Assembly (NCBI GenBank): GCA_044225365.1
Contig: JBGAIQ010000019.1
Location: 45,754-109,753 of the forward strand
Direction of reading: 5' to 3'
From: Planctomycetota bacterium
Lineage (GTDB): Bacteria; Planctomycetota; B15-G4; JADJEK01
DNA: 64,000 nucleotides
The notes under the pieces are model-generated. The model did not search any database. It was given only the letters and a program-made list of their open reading frames with translations, and was not told the DNA's origin. Positions 1-9,811 of the stretch are shown here, one piece after another. The translations under genes were made by a program, and so were the position numbers. Position 1 is the first letter of the stretch, and every line of letters begins with the position of its first letter.

Positions 1-2
1 CG

Positions 3-1847
3 GGACCTCCGAAGGGAGTTGCGGATAGTGGTCCGCCGCCGGGGATGAAGGACGAACCCCCGGCCGATGGCGGTCCACCGCCCGGGATGATCGACGCCCC
101 GCCGAAGCTGGATCGGGAGACGATCGCGTTCTTCGTACCCTACGTGCGAAAGCAGCGCGGACGTCTCCTCGCGATCCTCGGCATGCTCCTGTTCTCCGCG
201 CTGATGCCGGTCGCGATGAGCTTCCTGCCGACGAAGCTCGCTCAGAATTGGCATCCGGGCGGCGAACACGAAGTCATGAAGTGGCTCGTGGCATTCCTGG
301 CGCTCTCGGTCGTCGCGCTCACGCTCGCGCCCGTCCAGGGTTATCTGACGGCGCGCGTCGCGCAGGACCTCGCGTGTGATCTGAAGGGCGCGATCTTCCG
401 CAAGGTCGGCGCGATGTCGAAGACCGCGATGGCGTTCCGGTCGGTCGGATCGCTCGCGCATCGCAGCTCCGGCGATGTCGCTCATCTCCAGGAGTTCCTC
501 GCCCGCTTCGTGCCCGATGCCGTCGCGAACGTGATCCAGCTCGTGTTCGTCGTCCTCGCGATGCTCTGGCTGCAGCCGGTCATCGCGATCGTCGGGCTCG
601 TCCTCGTTCCGACGATCTGGTTCATCATGGACCGCTTCAACGCGAAGGTTCGACTGCTCGCACGCAGTTCGCAGAAACAGAGCGAGTCGTCGCTCACGCG
701 GCTGATCGAGGGCGTCGCGGGGTACATCGATCTCGTCGCCGCCGGACGCTTCCCCAAGGCCGCGGACGAATACGTGAGCGTGCTCGACGATCTGCGGCGC
801 ACGGCGATCAAGATGACGCTGACGAGTTCGATCGCCGCGCTCATTCCGAGCATCGCGTTCATGGCGATCACGAACGGCTACTACTTCGTCGCCGCGGCCG
901 ACGAGAAAATGCTCGCCGCGACGACGGTCGGATTCGGCCAGGTGATGACCTTCGTTTCGCTGATCAACGTCGTGCGCATGCCGATCATGACGCTCGCTCG
1001 GTTCTTCACCGAGACCGCGATCGCCGCTCCGAGCTTCCACGAAGTGAAGAAGCTCCTCGAGTCGCCCGAGGTGTCCGCGCCGACGCACGGCGTGAAGATC
1101 GACGGCAGCGCGATCGAGTTCAAGGGCGTGGTATTCAGTTACGGCCCAGGCTTCCCGCCCGTGCTCGATGGCGTCTCGTTCCGGATTCCCGAAGGGAGCT
1201 TCACAGCGATCGTCGGCGAGACCGGGTCCGGCAAGACGACGCTCTTCCACATGCTGCTGCGGCTCCTCGAGCCGACGAGCGGAGAGATCCGCCTCGGCAA
1301 CTCGACGCTCGGCGCGATCGCCCTCGAGGATTTGCGGTCGTACGTCGGATTCATTCCGCAGTCGCCTTTCCTGTTCGATGCGACGATTCGTGAGAACGTC
1401 GCGATCGCGCTCGCCGAGAACGAAGTCGATCAGGAGCGATTGCTGCGGGCCGTGAAGCTCGCGCGGCTGGAGCCCGTCGTCGAGAAGCGCAAATCCCAGG
1501 GCGGACTCGATGCCAAGGTCGGCGCCGCCGGCGCGAGTCTCTCGGGCGGAGAACGGCAGCGCGTCGCGCTCGCGCGCGTCTTCCTGCGCGATCCCAAGAT
1601 CATCGTCTGCGACGAATACACGGCGAACATCGACAACGCGACGGCGCGGATCATCCAGGAGTCGATCGCACGCGAATTCGCCGGGCGCACGCGCGTCGTC
1701 ATCACGCATCAGCTCTACACGATCCGCGGGGCGGATCAGATCCTGGTGCTCGACCGCGGGCGAATCGTCGATCGGGGCACGCACGAGGAACTCGTCGCGC
1801 GCGGCGGGCTGTATCGTGAGATGTGGGAAGTCCAGCGGCTCGCGTGA
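3..1847 (+). CDS. ABC exporter, fused permease/ATPase (MsbA/MdlB-like); probably 5'-truncated by the window edge
   Basis: TM region followed by Walker A GETGSGKT, signature LSGGE, Walker B IIVCDE and H-loop. The frame is open from base 3; the first ATG is at 45. Confidence 0.9.
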   Translation, partial: GPPKGVADSGPPPGMKDEPPADGGPPPGMIDAPPKLDRETIAFFVPYVRKQRGRLLAILGMLLFSALMPVAMSFLPTKLAQNWHPGGEHEVMKWLVAFLALSVVALTLAPVQGYLTARVAQDLACDLKGAIFRKVGAMSKTAMAFRSVGSLAHRSSGDVAHLQEFLARFVPDAVANVIQLVFVVLAMLWLQPVIAIVGLVLVPTIWFIMDRFNAKVRLLARSSQKQSESSLTRLIEGVAGYIDLVAAGRFPKAADEYVSVLDDLRRTAIKMTLTSSIAALIPSIAFMAITNGYYFVAAADEKMLAATTVGFGQVMTFVSLINVVRMPIMTLARFFTETAIAAPSFHEVKKLLESPEVSAPTHGVKIDGSAIEFKGVVFSYGPGFPPVLDGVSFRIPEGSFTAIVGETGSGKTTLFHMLLRLLEPTSGEIRLGNSTLGAIALEDLRSYVGFIPQSPFLFDATIRENVAIALAENEVDQERLLRAVKLARLEPVVEKRKSQGGLDAKVGAAGASLSGGERQRVALARVFLRDPKIIVCDEYTANIDNATARIIQESIAREFAGRTRVVITHQLYTIRGADQILVLDRGRIVDRGTHEELVARGGLYREMWEVQRLA

Positions 1848-1895
1848 GCCGTCGTCGGATACTCCCCGCTTCGCTCTCGTTCCCGGAATCCTCCC

Positions 1896-2945
1896 GTGAC
1901 CTCGCAATCGGTCCACGGCCGCGGCGCGGCCGACAATCCCGACAACCGATTCGTCCGCCTCACGGTCGAGCCCGATCCGGAGTGCAGCCAAGAAGAGCGG
2001 GCGATCGTCACCGAGTACTTCGTCGATGCCTCGAAGACGATCCTGTCGCGCAACGACAGCCCCGACATCGGATTCGAGTTCAGCGTCAACCCTTATCGGG
2101 GCTGCGAGCACGGATGCATCTACTGCTACGCGCGGCCGACGCACGAATACCTCGGCCTCTCCGCGGGGCTCGAGTTCGAGAGCAAGATCTTCGTGAAGGA
2201 GAAGGCGCCCGAACTCCTGCGCGCGGAACTGATGAACGAGAGGTGGCGGCCGCAGGCGATCAACTTCTCGGGTGTGACCGATTGTTATCAACCGCTCGAG
2301 CGACGGCTGCGCCTCACGCGGCGCTGTCTCGAAGTGCTGATCGAGTTCAAGAACCCGGCGGCCGTCATCACCAAGAGCGCGCTGATCGAGCGCGACATCG
2401 ACGTGCTGGCCGAACTCGCGGCGATCGGCGGAGCGCTCGTGGGCATCACGATCACGACGCTCGATGAGTCGCTCGCTTCCAAGCTCGAGCCGCGCGCCGC
2501 TTCCCCGCGGCGGCGAATCGGCGCGATCGCAGCACTGGCAAACGCGGGCGTCCCGGTGCACGTGATGACGGCGCCGATCGTGCCCGGGCTCACCGATCAC
2601 GAGATCCCGGCGATCCTGAAGGCCGCTGCAGAAGCCGGTGCGCGGTCAGCGGGATGGACTCTTCTGCGGCTCCCGCACGCCGTGAACCCGTTGTTCGAGG
2701 ACTGGCTCACGCGGTACGCGCCGGGTCAGAAGGAGAAGGTGCTGCGACGCATCGAGGACGCGCGCGGCGGCGAGCGGCACGACTCCAGATTCCATGTTCG
2801 GATGCGCGGTGAAGGACGCATCGCCGAGGAAGTTGCCGACATGTTCGCCTTCGCGCGCGACCGCGCGGGCCTCGCGCCGGATGCTCCGAAACTGTCCGCG
2901 ACGCACTTTCGTCGACCTGGCCCGCAACAGGGCAAGCTCTTCTGA
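1896..2945 (+). CDS. PA0069/SplB-like radical SAM protein
   Basis: NPYRGCEHGCIYCYAR motif, TDCYQPLE, and C-terminal QGKLF typical of the family. Confidence 0.9.
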   Translation: MTSQSVHGRGAADNPDNRFVRLTVEPDPECSQEERAIVTEYFVDASKTILSRNDSPDIGFEFSVNPYRGCEHGCIYCYARPTHEYLGLSAGLEFESKIFVKEKAPELLRAELMNERWRPQAINFSGVTDCYQPLERRLRLTRRCLEVLIEFKNPAAVITKSALIERDIDVLAELAAIGGALVGITITTLDESLASKLEPRAASPRRRIGAIAALANAGVPVHVMTAPIVPGLTDHEIPAILKAAAEAGARSAGWTLLRLPHAVNPLFEDWLTRYAPGQKEKVLRRIEDARGGERHDSRFHVRMRGEGRIAEEVADMFAFARDRAGLAPDAPKLSATHFRRPGPQQGKLF

Positions 2946-3024
2946 TGGACCGCCAAGCTCCAGCTTGGCTCCTCTCTTCTCTTCCGATGGACCGCCAAGC
3001 TCCAGCTTGGCTCCTCTCTTCTCT
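2944..3024. repeat. Two tandem 42-bp units, each holding the REP-like palindrome GGACCGCCAAGCTCCAGCTTGGC
   Basis: Identical copies of the palindrome at 2947-2969 and 2989-3011, between convergent genes. Confidence 0.85.
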
Positions 3025-3048
3025 GAGAGCCCATCGCTCCCACGCTGC

Positions 3049-3423
3049 TCAGCCCGCCGCTGCCGCCCCCGCAGCCCCGGCGGCCCCGGCACCTGCCGCC
3101 GCCTGGTCGCTCGCCTCCTGAGCCGCGAGGATCGCGAGCAGTTCGCTCCGGTTCGACCCTATGGCGCTCGTGACGTACACGATCCCGCTTCCGAGTCCGG
3201 GAAGATCGTTCGTCCAGAGGATCGCGCCGTTCTCTGGGTCGAGCGCGAAGGCGCGGCCACCCGCCGCGCAGAACACGAGCCCGTCTTCGTAGAGGATCGA
3301 GACGACGCCGTAGCCGGTGCTCGGCAGGGAGGTCTGCCAGATGGTCCTACCGCTCGCCTTCTCGATTGCGGCCACATGACCGTAGGTGCCGAGGAAGAGG
3401 AGTTTGTGCGCAGCGATCGTCAT
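3049..3423 (-). CDS. Small PQQ-like beta-propeller repeat protein
   Basis: AIEKASGRTIW and ALDPENGAILW repeats; ATG at 3423. Confidence 0.7.
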   Translation of the reverse strand: MTIAAHKLLFLGTYGHVAAIEKASGRTIWQTSLPSTGYGVVSILYEDGLVFCAAGGRAFALDPENGAILWTNDLPGLGSGIVYVTSAIGSNRSELLAILAAQEASDQAAAGAGAAGAAGAAAAG

Positions 3424-3526
3424 TTCGCGCCCTCGTAGAGATCGACGGATCCTCTCCAGTGTACCGCCGATCGACTCCTTTCTATGCTGCGCGGCTTCGT
3501 CGCCACCTCCCGATCGGAACCCGAGC

Positions 3527-4840
3527 ATGAACGCAGCCGCGCCGCCGCTCTCGATCTCGTTGAACATCCGTCTGTCGCTGATGATGTTCCTGCAGCTCGC
3601 GATCTGGGGAGCGTGGTTGCCGCTCATGTGGACTTTCCTCGAGACGCATCGGCACTTCACGGCCGATCAGATCGGCTTCATGTTCATGGTGGGCGGCGTC
3701 GGCGCGATCGCCGCGCCTTTCATCGCGGGGCAGATCGCCGATCGTTGGTTCAATACGGAGCGATTCCTCGCGATCAGCCATCTCGTCGGGGCGATCCTCG
3801 TCTGGCAGCTGGCGAACATCGAGACGTATTCGAGCTTCCTCGTCTTTTCGCTGCTGTACTCGCTCGTGTATTCCCCGACGCTCTCGCTCACCAATTCGCT
3901 CGCGTTCCATCACGTGCCCGATCGCGATCGCGACTTCGGACGAGTTCGCGTGTGGGGGACGTTTGGCTGGATCGCGGTTGGGATCGGCATCGGCCAGTGG
4001 CTCCTGCATCACCACACTCCGCAAGGCGCGAGCGTCGAGGTCGTGAAGGCGGCGCAAGCAGCGGGCATCGCCGATGCGTTCCGTCTCAGCGCGATCCTCG
4101 GCGCGATCATGGGCGTCTTCTGCCTCACCTTGCCCGCAACCCCGCCGTCGAAGGGCCAGCGTGCGAGTGCGATCGCCGAGGCGCTCCTCGAGATCAAGAA
4201 GCAGCCGCTGTTCACGCTCTTCCTTCTCGCGATCCCCGTCTCGTGCGTTCACCAGTTCTACTTCGTCCACACGGCGAGCTTCCTCGGGAAGTTCCAATCC
4301 GAGATGGCGAGCAAGATCAACGAATTCGTTGGCGTGGGCGGCGGCGGCCTCATGACCATCGGGCAGATGTCGGAGCTCGCCGTGCTCGCGGTGATCCCGT
4401 TCGTGGCGCGCGCTCTCTCGCGCAAGACCCTGCTCTCGATCGGAATCCTGGCGTACGCCGTCCGCATGGCGCTGTTCGCGTACGTTCATCCCATTCACGA
4501 AGCCACGGGGCTCCCTGAAGTGGCGATCCTGATCACCGGCATCGCGATGCACGGGATCTGCTTCGGGTGCTTCATCTTCGTCGCGTTCATGGTGATCGAC
4601 GAGGAGACGACGAGCGACGTGCGGGCGACGGCGCAGAGCCTATTCGGCCTCGTCGTCTTCGGCGTCGGCATCATCGTGGGATCGATCGTCGCGGCGCGAG
4701 TCGCGGACTGGGCGAAACAGGTAGAGAGCGAGTACTACACGCGCCTGTTCAGCGTGCCGTTCTACGGCGCGATCCTCTGCGTCGTGCTGTTGCTGTTGCT
4801 CTACCCGAATCGGAGCCGAATCGCGGAGGACCCAGCGTGA
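3527..4840 (+). CDS. MFS nucleoside:H+ symporter (NupG/XapB-like)
   Basis: MMFLQLAIWGAW, GQIADRWF and FGRVRVWGTFGW motifs; many hydrophobic segments. Confidence 0.9.
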   Translation: MNAAAPPLSISLNIRLSLMMFLQLAIWGAWLPLMWTFLETHRHFTADQIGFMFMVGGVGAIAAPFIAGQIADRWFNTERFLAISHLVGAILVWQLANIETYSSFLVFSLLYSLVYSPTLSLTNSLAFHHVPDRDRDFGRVRVWGTFGWIAVGIGIGQWLLHHHTPQGASVEVVKAAQAAGIADAFRLSAILGAIMGVFCLTLPATPPSKGQRASAIAEALLEIKKQPLFTLFLLAIPVSCVHQFYFVHTASFLGKFQSEMASKINEFVGVGGGGLMTIGQMSELAVLAVIPFVARALSRKTLLSIGILAYAVRMALFAYVHPIHEATGLPEVAILITGIAMHGICFGCFIFVAFMVIDEETTSDVRATAQSLFGLVVFGVGIIVGSIVAARVADWAKQVESEYYTRLFSVPFYGAILCVVLLLLLYPNRSRIAEDPA

Positions 4841-5325
4841 AGCTCGCCGGTCTCGCGATCCTCGAGTTGGCCTCGTGCTGCGCCTTCGTGTTGGTGGGCT
4901 GCGCCGCGGGCCCCGCGAGAACGGAGGCCGAGGTCTTCGCTCGCCACGCGGTCCTGCAGCGCCTCGACGACTACATGGTCGCATCGCGCGCCGTGGATGC
5001 CGATGCGATCGCGGCCTTCTACTCGACGACCGGAACGCTCTTCGAACCCGGGATCGAGCCCATCGTGTCGGCCGATGCGATCCGCTCTTTCATCCGGTCG
5101 TTCCCCGGCGCGATGGTCGAAGTCGCCAACGTGACCCCGGACGAGGTCGAAGTGTTCGGCGCCACCGTTGTGATCTGGGGCTCGTACCACGAGCGCCTGA
5201 GTTTCCCGGGCCAGCCCGTCAGCGAGCAGGATGGGAAGTTCGTGATGGAGTGGAAGAAGGATCCATACGGCGTGTGGCTCGTCGAGCGGTTGCTCCGCGT
5301 GCCCTTGCCGCCCAAGACGCCGTGA
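4837..5325 (+). CDS. NTF2/SnoaL-like (DUF4440-type) protein, possible lipoprotein
   Basis: GTG overlaps the upstream TGA; LVGC lipobox-like motif; DADAIAAFY and GKFVMEWKK..W pattern. Confidence 0.7.
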   Translation: MKLAGLAILELASCCAFVLVGCAAGPARTEAEVFARHAVLQRLDDYMVASRAVDADAIAAFYSTTGTLFEPGIEPIVSADAIRSFIRSFPGAMVEVANVTPDEVEVFGATVVIWGSYHERLSFPGQPVSEQDGKFVMEWKKDPYGVWLVERLLRVPLPPKTP

Positions 5326-5329
5326 TGCG

Positions 5330-5545
5330 GGAGCGCCGGGCTCTGCCCGGCAATGGGGCGGCGATGCGGAGGAAAGAAGATGCCAGGCTGGAGCCTGGCG
5401 GTCCGCCTGGCGGTCCGAATTTGGAGCGCCGGGCTCTGCCCGGCAATGGGGCGGCGATGCGGAGGAAAGAAGATGCCAGGCTGGAGCCTGGCGCTCCGCC
5501 TGGCGGTCCACCTGGCGGTCCACCGGGCGCTCCGCCTGGTGGTCC
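5330..5545. repeat. REPIN-like cluster: two units with a 93-bp period, each an inverted REP pair, followed by tandem 12-bp half-REP units
   Basis: GGAGCGCCGGGCTCTGCCCGGC...GCCAGGCTGGAGCCTGGCGSTCC starting at 5330 and 5423; four 12-mers like GCCTGGCGGTCC at 5498-5545. Confidence 0.85.
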
Positions 5546-5551
5546 GGCCGC

Positions 5552-8332
5552 TCAATCCTTCATGCGATACGCGTCGTTCGTCGGGCGGACGGCGCGGGCG
5601 AAGTGGAGGGGGCGTCGGAGGCCACCGGGATGTACCGGCCGGGCTTTCTTCACCCACTCCTCGAAGACCTCCATCGACTTCTTCGTGTCGATGAACACGT
5701 CGCCGTATTGATCGCCTTCGCGCGCTCGTTCCACCGTCACCGCCTGGTGCCAGCAGTGCATTCCGGAGACCGGGTCGGGCTGGACGCAGAACGTAAGGTT
5801 CTGATGCACTCCGCCGTCGGTCCACCACACGCGCTTGCTGTCGGGGTCCTTGCTCTCGAACGGAGCGACGTCCTTCAGGCGTGAGAAGCGCACCTTGCCC
5901 GCGGCGTCGATCTCCTTCTTCACGAGCGCGCTCGCCCAGCGATCCGTGCCGACCGTCTCGAAGAGACGCCAGCGTCCGAGGTGATGCGAGCACGCGATCA
6001 CGCCGGGCCGGATGCCCTCGGTCACCCAGGCGCGATTCACGAAGTGCCCGATCCGGGTCGATACACGCACGAGTCCGGCCATCTCGATGCCGAGGCGTTT
6101 CGCGTCCTCCGGATGGACCCAGACGGGATTCGTGTTCGATAGCTCGTACAGCCACTTCGCATTCGCGGACCGCGTGTGGATGAGCGTCGGAAGACGGAAC
6201 GTCGCGACGAGCACCATCTGGCCCTTCGCCGGATCCATGTGCTTGCGATGGACGTGGCTCTCGATGTAGGTCGGCAGCGCGAACTCGGGCCAGCCCCAGT
6301 CGGAAGTCGTCTTGCTGTAGATCTCGAGCCGCTTGCTCGGCGTCGTGAACCCGGTTACGGGCTTGCCGTCGGCGACGATGCCGACCTTCGCGCCGTCCTT
6401 CGTCACATCGTTCGACTTCTCGTCGATCGTGGCGCCCGTCGCGACCGCGGCAGCGAGCGACTTCTTGTGGCCGTCCCAGGTCTCCTTCTCGACGAGGAAC
6501 GCGCCGTGGCGGCGCATGTACTCGAGCGGAGTCATGCCGTGTTTCTTCGCTTCTTCCGGAAGGCCCGGCACGGAGTTCTCGAAGATCCAGCGGTAGTACT
6601 CGGGGACCGTGATCTTCTCGGCTTTGCCGGGGCGATACGGATTCTCGTAGTACTTGCGGACCCCGAGACTGCCGTCGGGATCGATCGCCCAAGAGAGCTC
6701 GATCCAGAATTCGTCCTCCTCCCACACGTCGCCGGGGTTCGTGTCGCGAGTGCAGTCGACCTTCTTGCCCTGCAGCTCCATCATCGCGCGGACGACGGGC
6801 TGGCGGAAGCCGAGCCATTTCGCGGAGTGCGTCTCCTGGCTTTGCAGGTCGTGACGCTCGGCGCCGACGCCCATCGGAAGGACGTAGTCCGCGTACTGCG
6901 CGGTCTCGCTCCACACCGGCGTGAGCGCGGCGTGCAGCTCGATCATCGATTCATCCTTCAGCACCTGCTCCCAGAGCATGCCGTCGGGATTCGTCCACAC
7001 CGGGTTGTAGACGCGCGTGAAGTAGGCGGAGAGCTTCTTCCTGCGCGACAACATCAGGTGGGGGAGCAGGAACGAGAGCTCGTGATGCGAGAGGGGCCAC
7101 TCGGGGGGATAGAGCAGCTCGTTCCACACGTTCTGCGGCGGCGGCTTGAGGAACGGCGCCGGCACGAACTTGTCGGACGTGTTGAGATTCGTTCCGCCCT
7201 TCGCATTGATCGCGCCGACCAGCACCGAGACGAACGCGAGGCAGCGTGCGACCTGCCAACCGCCTTCGTTGCCGGAGGCAGCCGAACGCCAGACGTGCGA
7301 AGCGAACGCGGATCCGGCCTTGCCGATCTCGCGCGCGACCTCGACGATCGTCGCCGCCGCTACGCCGCACTCGGCCTCGGCGGCCTGCGGCGTGTACTTC
7401 GCGTAGTGTTTCTTCAGCGCCGCGAGGAACGCATCGAAGCCGGTCGCCCCGGGATCGAGCTGGGCGAGCGTCTCCTGCCAATTGGTCCACGTCCGCAGGA
7501 ACTCGCGGTCGAAGAGATCCTCGGCGAGCAGCACCTGAGCGAAGGCGAGCAGGAGGAAGGCTTCGGTGCCGGGATGCGGCGCGAGCCAGTAATCGGCGAC
7601 CGACGCCGTGTTCGACAATCGCACGTCGATCGCGGCGATCTTCGCGCCCTTCATCTTGCCGTCGATGATGCGCTGCGCGTGGGGATTGAAGTAGTGACCG
7701 GTTTCGAGGTGCGACGAGATCAGGAGGATGAACTTCGCGTTCTCATGATCGGGCGACGGGCGATCGGCGCCCTGCCACAATGCGTAGCCGAGGCGGGCCG
7801 CGCCCGAGCAGACGTTGGTGTGCGAGTTGTGGCCGTCGACGCCCCAGCTTTGGAGCACGCGATCCATGTAGCCGTCGTGGCCGGGACGGCCGACGTGATA
7901 CATCACCTCGGTCCGCCGGTTCTCGATGAGCGCCTTGCGGATCTGCGCCGCGAAGACCTCGATCACGTGCTCCCACGTGCAGGGCTCGAACTTACCGCTG
8001 CCGCGTGGGCCGACGCGCTTCAGCGGAGTGAGGATGCGCTCGGGATCCTGGATCTGCGAAAGCGTCGCCGGTCCCTTCGCGCAGTTGCGACCCCGCGAGC
8101 CGGGGTGATAGGGGTTGCCCTCGACCTTGCGGATCGAGTGATCCTCCTTGTCGATGTACGCGACGAGGCCGCAGGCCGCTTCGCAGTTGAAGCAGGTCGT
8201 CGGCACCAACGTGTAATGCTTCTCGACGCGCTTCGGCCAGGCCTTCGAATCGAGCTCGACCCAGTCGTTCCACTTCTCGAAGGGCGGGAAGGACTCGAGC
8301 GGAGTCACGCGCATTTCGGCGGAATCACTCAT
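5552..8332 (-). CDS. Molybdopterin (bis-PGD, DMSO reductase superfamily) oxidoreductase, catalytic subunit
   Basis: CFNCEAAC..C 4Fe-4S motif, NVCS putative Mo ligand, C-terminal HTRSAN and WVHPEDA domain. Confidence 0.9.
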   Translation of the reverse strand: MSDSAEMRVTPLESFPPFEKWNDWVELDSKAWPKRVEKHYTLVPTTCFNCEAACGLVAYIDKEDHSIRKVEGNPYHPGSRGRNCAKGPATLSQIQDPERILTPLKRVGPRGSGKFEPCTWEHVIEVFAAQIRKALIENRRTEVMYHVGRPGHDGYMDRVLQSWGVDGHNSHTNVCSGAARLGYALWQGADRPSPDHENAKFILLISSHLETGHYFNPHAQRIIDGKMKGAKIAAIDVRLSNTASVADYWLAPHPGTEAFLLLAFAQVLLAEDLFDREFLRTWTNWQETLAQLDPGATGFDAFLAALKKHYAKYTPQAAEAECGVAAATIVEVAREIGKAGSAFASHVWRSAASGNEGGWQVARCLAFVSVLVGAINAKGGTNLNTSDKFVPAPFLKPPPQNVWNELLYPPEWPLSHHELSFLLPHLMLSRRKKLSAYFTRVYNPVWTNPDGMLWEQVLKDESMIELHAALTPVWSETAQYADYVLPMGVGAERHDLQSQETHSAKWLGFRQPVVRAMMELQGKKVDCTRDTNPGDVWEEDEFWIELSWAIDPDGSLGVRKYYENPYRPGKAEKITVPEYYRWIFENSVPGLPEEAKKHGMTPLEYMRRHGAFLVEKETWDGHKKSLAAAVATGATIDEKSNDVTKDGAKVGIVADGKPVTGFTTPSKRLEIYSKTTSDWGWPEFALPTYIESHVHRKHMDPAKGQMVLVATFRLPTLIHTRSANAKWLYELSNTNPVWVHPEDAKRLGIEMAGLVRVSTRIGHFVNRAWVTEGIRPGVIACSHHLGRWRLFETVGTDRWASALVKKEIDAAGKVRFSRLKDVAPFESKDPDSKRVWWTDGGVHQNLTFCVQPDPVSGMHCWHQAVTVERAREGDQYGDVFIDTKKSMEVFEEWVKKARPVHPGGLRRPLHFARAVRPTNDAYRMKD

Positions 8333-8338
8333 GGTGTC

Positions 8339-9811
8339 TCACGACAACGGCGGTAGCTGGCCTGCGCGGACGAAGGCAGCTTCGAACAGGAACAACGCGA
8401 ACAGAGCGGGGATCCAGGCGATCATTGGTGCGAAGAGCGCGAGAGGGATCGCGAGGAGGGAGAGCGCGATTCCGGTCGAGTAGGCCGGGATCGATCCAAA
8501 GCGCACTGCGGTGAGGAATCCAGCGGCCTGCCGTGCGTTCGCCGTGGCGTGTTTCTTGATCGGCTCCAGGATCGCGAGGAGTACGTGCGCGACGCTTGCC
8601 ACGATCGCCACGATCGCGAGCGGGCGCGGCGAGTCCGAGAACGGCAACAGCGCAAACGCTCCCGCGAGCACGGCCTGCGCGACGAGATGTGGCAGCACGA
8701 GCGAGCTCTGCCACAGATCGCGCCCTTCGCACTGCTTGAGCAGGAACGCGGTGTAGGCGGCGGCGGCGAAGCCGAACAAGACGTTGGGGATCCGCAATAG
8801 GTCCGCGACGCCGTCGAAGCCGAGGAATCGCAGACCGAGGATTGCCGATGTCGTCATCGAGAAGGCGATCAGGATGTAGGCACCCTTCACGAGCCAGCTC
8901 GTCCGATTGCCGCGAGTCAGGAGCGTGAGGAACTTCCATGGCCGCTTCAGATCCTCGACCAGGATCGCCGTCGTGATCGTGGTGAAGACGAGCGCGAGGA
9001 TCTCGGGAGCGTACCGCCCCTTGTTCGCGAGGATTCCGAACGTGGCGACGAGCGGCGCGAGCAGCGCGGCGCCGCCCGCGATTCCCTTGGTGAGGAAGTA
9101 GAGCGAGACCGCGGCTCCCCATTCGACCTTGTGCCCGGTGTCGAGCACCGTGGTCACGTTCGGCAGCGTCGGCACGCTCTCGGGCCACGCTTCCGGTTTG
9201 CTCTTCGGCTTGTCGCTCCACAAGTAGATCGGCGGTCGCGCGGCGGCGCCCGGCGCGAGGATCGAGGGCTCGTGGCCGACGTAATGCACGTTCGGGCCCG
9301 TGTTCTGCTCGGGCCGTCGCACCTCGGTCGCGAGCTCGCGAGTCATGATCGAGATCTTCGAGTTCGGATCGTGCAGGTCACCCGGGATGATCGCTTGTTC
9401 GGGACACACGATGACGCATGCCGGCTCGAGACCCTGCTCGAGGCGATGGTTGCAGAAGTGGCACTTCTCGACGGCGCCCTTGTCCTCGTTCAGGTAGATC
9501 GCGTCGTAGGGGCAGGCCTGCATGCACGCGCGGCAACCGATGCAGACGTCGCGATCGATGTCGACGACGCCGTTCTTCTCCTTGGAGAGCGCGGTCACCG
9601 GGCAGATCGTGACGCAGGGCGCGTTCGTGCAGTGGTTGCACCGCAGCACGGCGAAGTGTCGCTTCACCGTCGGAAACGTTCCCGTCTCCTGGTACTTGAC
9701 CCAGGTGCGGAAATCGCCGACCGGGACGTCGTTCTCGGACTTGCAGGCGACGGTGCACGCGTGGCAGCCGATGCATCGCCGATGATCGATCAAAAAGCCG
9801 TACTGGGTCAC
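8339..9811 (-). CDS. Fused 4Fe-4S ferredoxin (NrfC/DmsB-like) and NrfD/PsrC-like membrane anchor
   Basis: CIGCHAC, CNHC..APC, CIGCRAC and CHFC..PAC motifs; C-terminal multi-TM region with DLKRPWKF. Confidence 0.9.
   Translation of the reverse strand: MTQYGFLIDHRRCIGCHACTVACKSENDVPVGDFRTWVKYQETGTFPTVKRHFAVLRCNHCTNAPCVTICPVTALSKEKNGVVDIDRDVCIGCRACMQACPYDAIYLNEDKGAVEKCHFCNHRLEQGLEPACVIVCPEQAIIPGDLHDPNSKISIMTRELATEVRRPEQNTGPNVHYVGHEPSILAPGAAARPPIYLWSDKPKSKPEAWPESVPTLPNVTTVLDTGHKVEWGAAVSLYFLTKGIAGGAALLAPLVATFGILANKGRYAPEILALVFTTITTAILVEDLKRPWKFLTLLTRGNRTSWLVKGAYILIAFSMTTSAILGLRFLGFDGVADLLRIPNVLFGFAAAAYTAFLLKQCEGRDLWQSSLVLPHLVAQAVLAGAFALLPFSDSPRPLAIVAIVASVAHVLLAILEPIKKHATANARQAAGFLTAVRFGSIPAYSTGIALSLLAIPLALFAPMIAWIPALFALFLFEAAFVRAGQLPPLS

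Noticed and set aside
2944-5545. Repeat clusters as CRISPR arrays
   Set aside because: The sequences between repeats are themselves duplicated, there are only two units per cluster, and no cas genes are present. A REP interpretation fits better.
7800-7825. Selenocysteine in the molybdoenzyme, suggested by selA/selD in the window
   Set aside because: The putative ligand codon is TGC (Cys) and the ORF is uninterrupted.
6176-8356. 726-aa plus-strand ORF, and the 631-aa ORF at 5019-6914
   Set aside because: Shadow or alternative frames of the molybdoenzyme gene; Arg-rich with no recognisable motifs.
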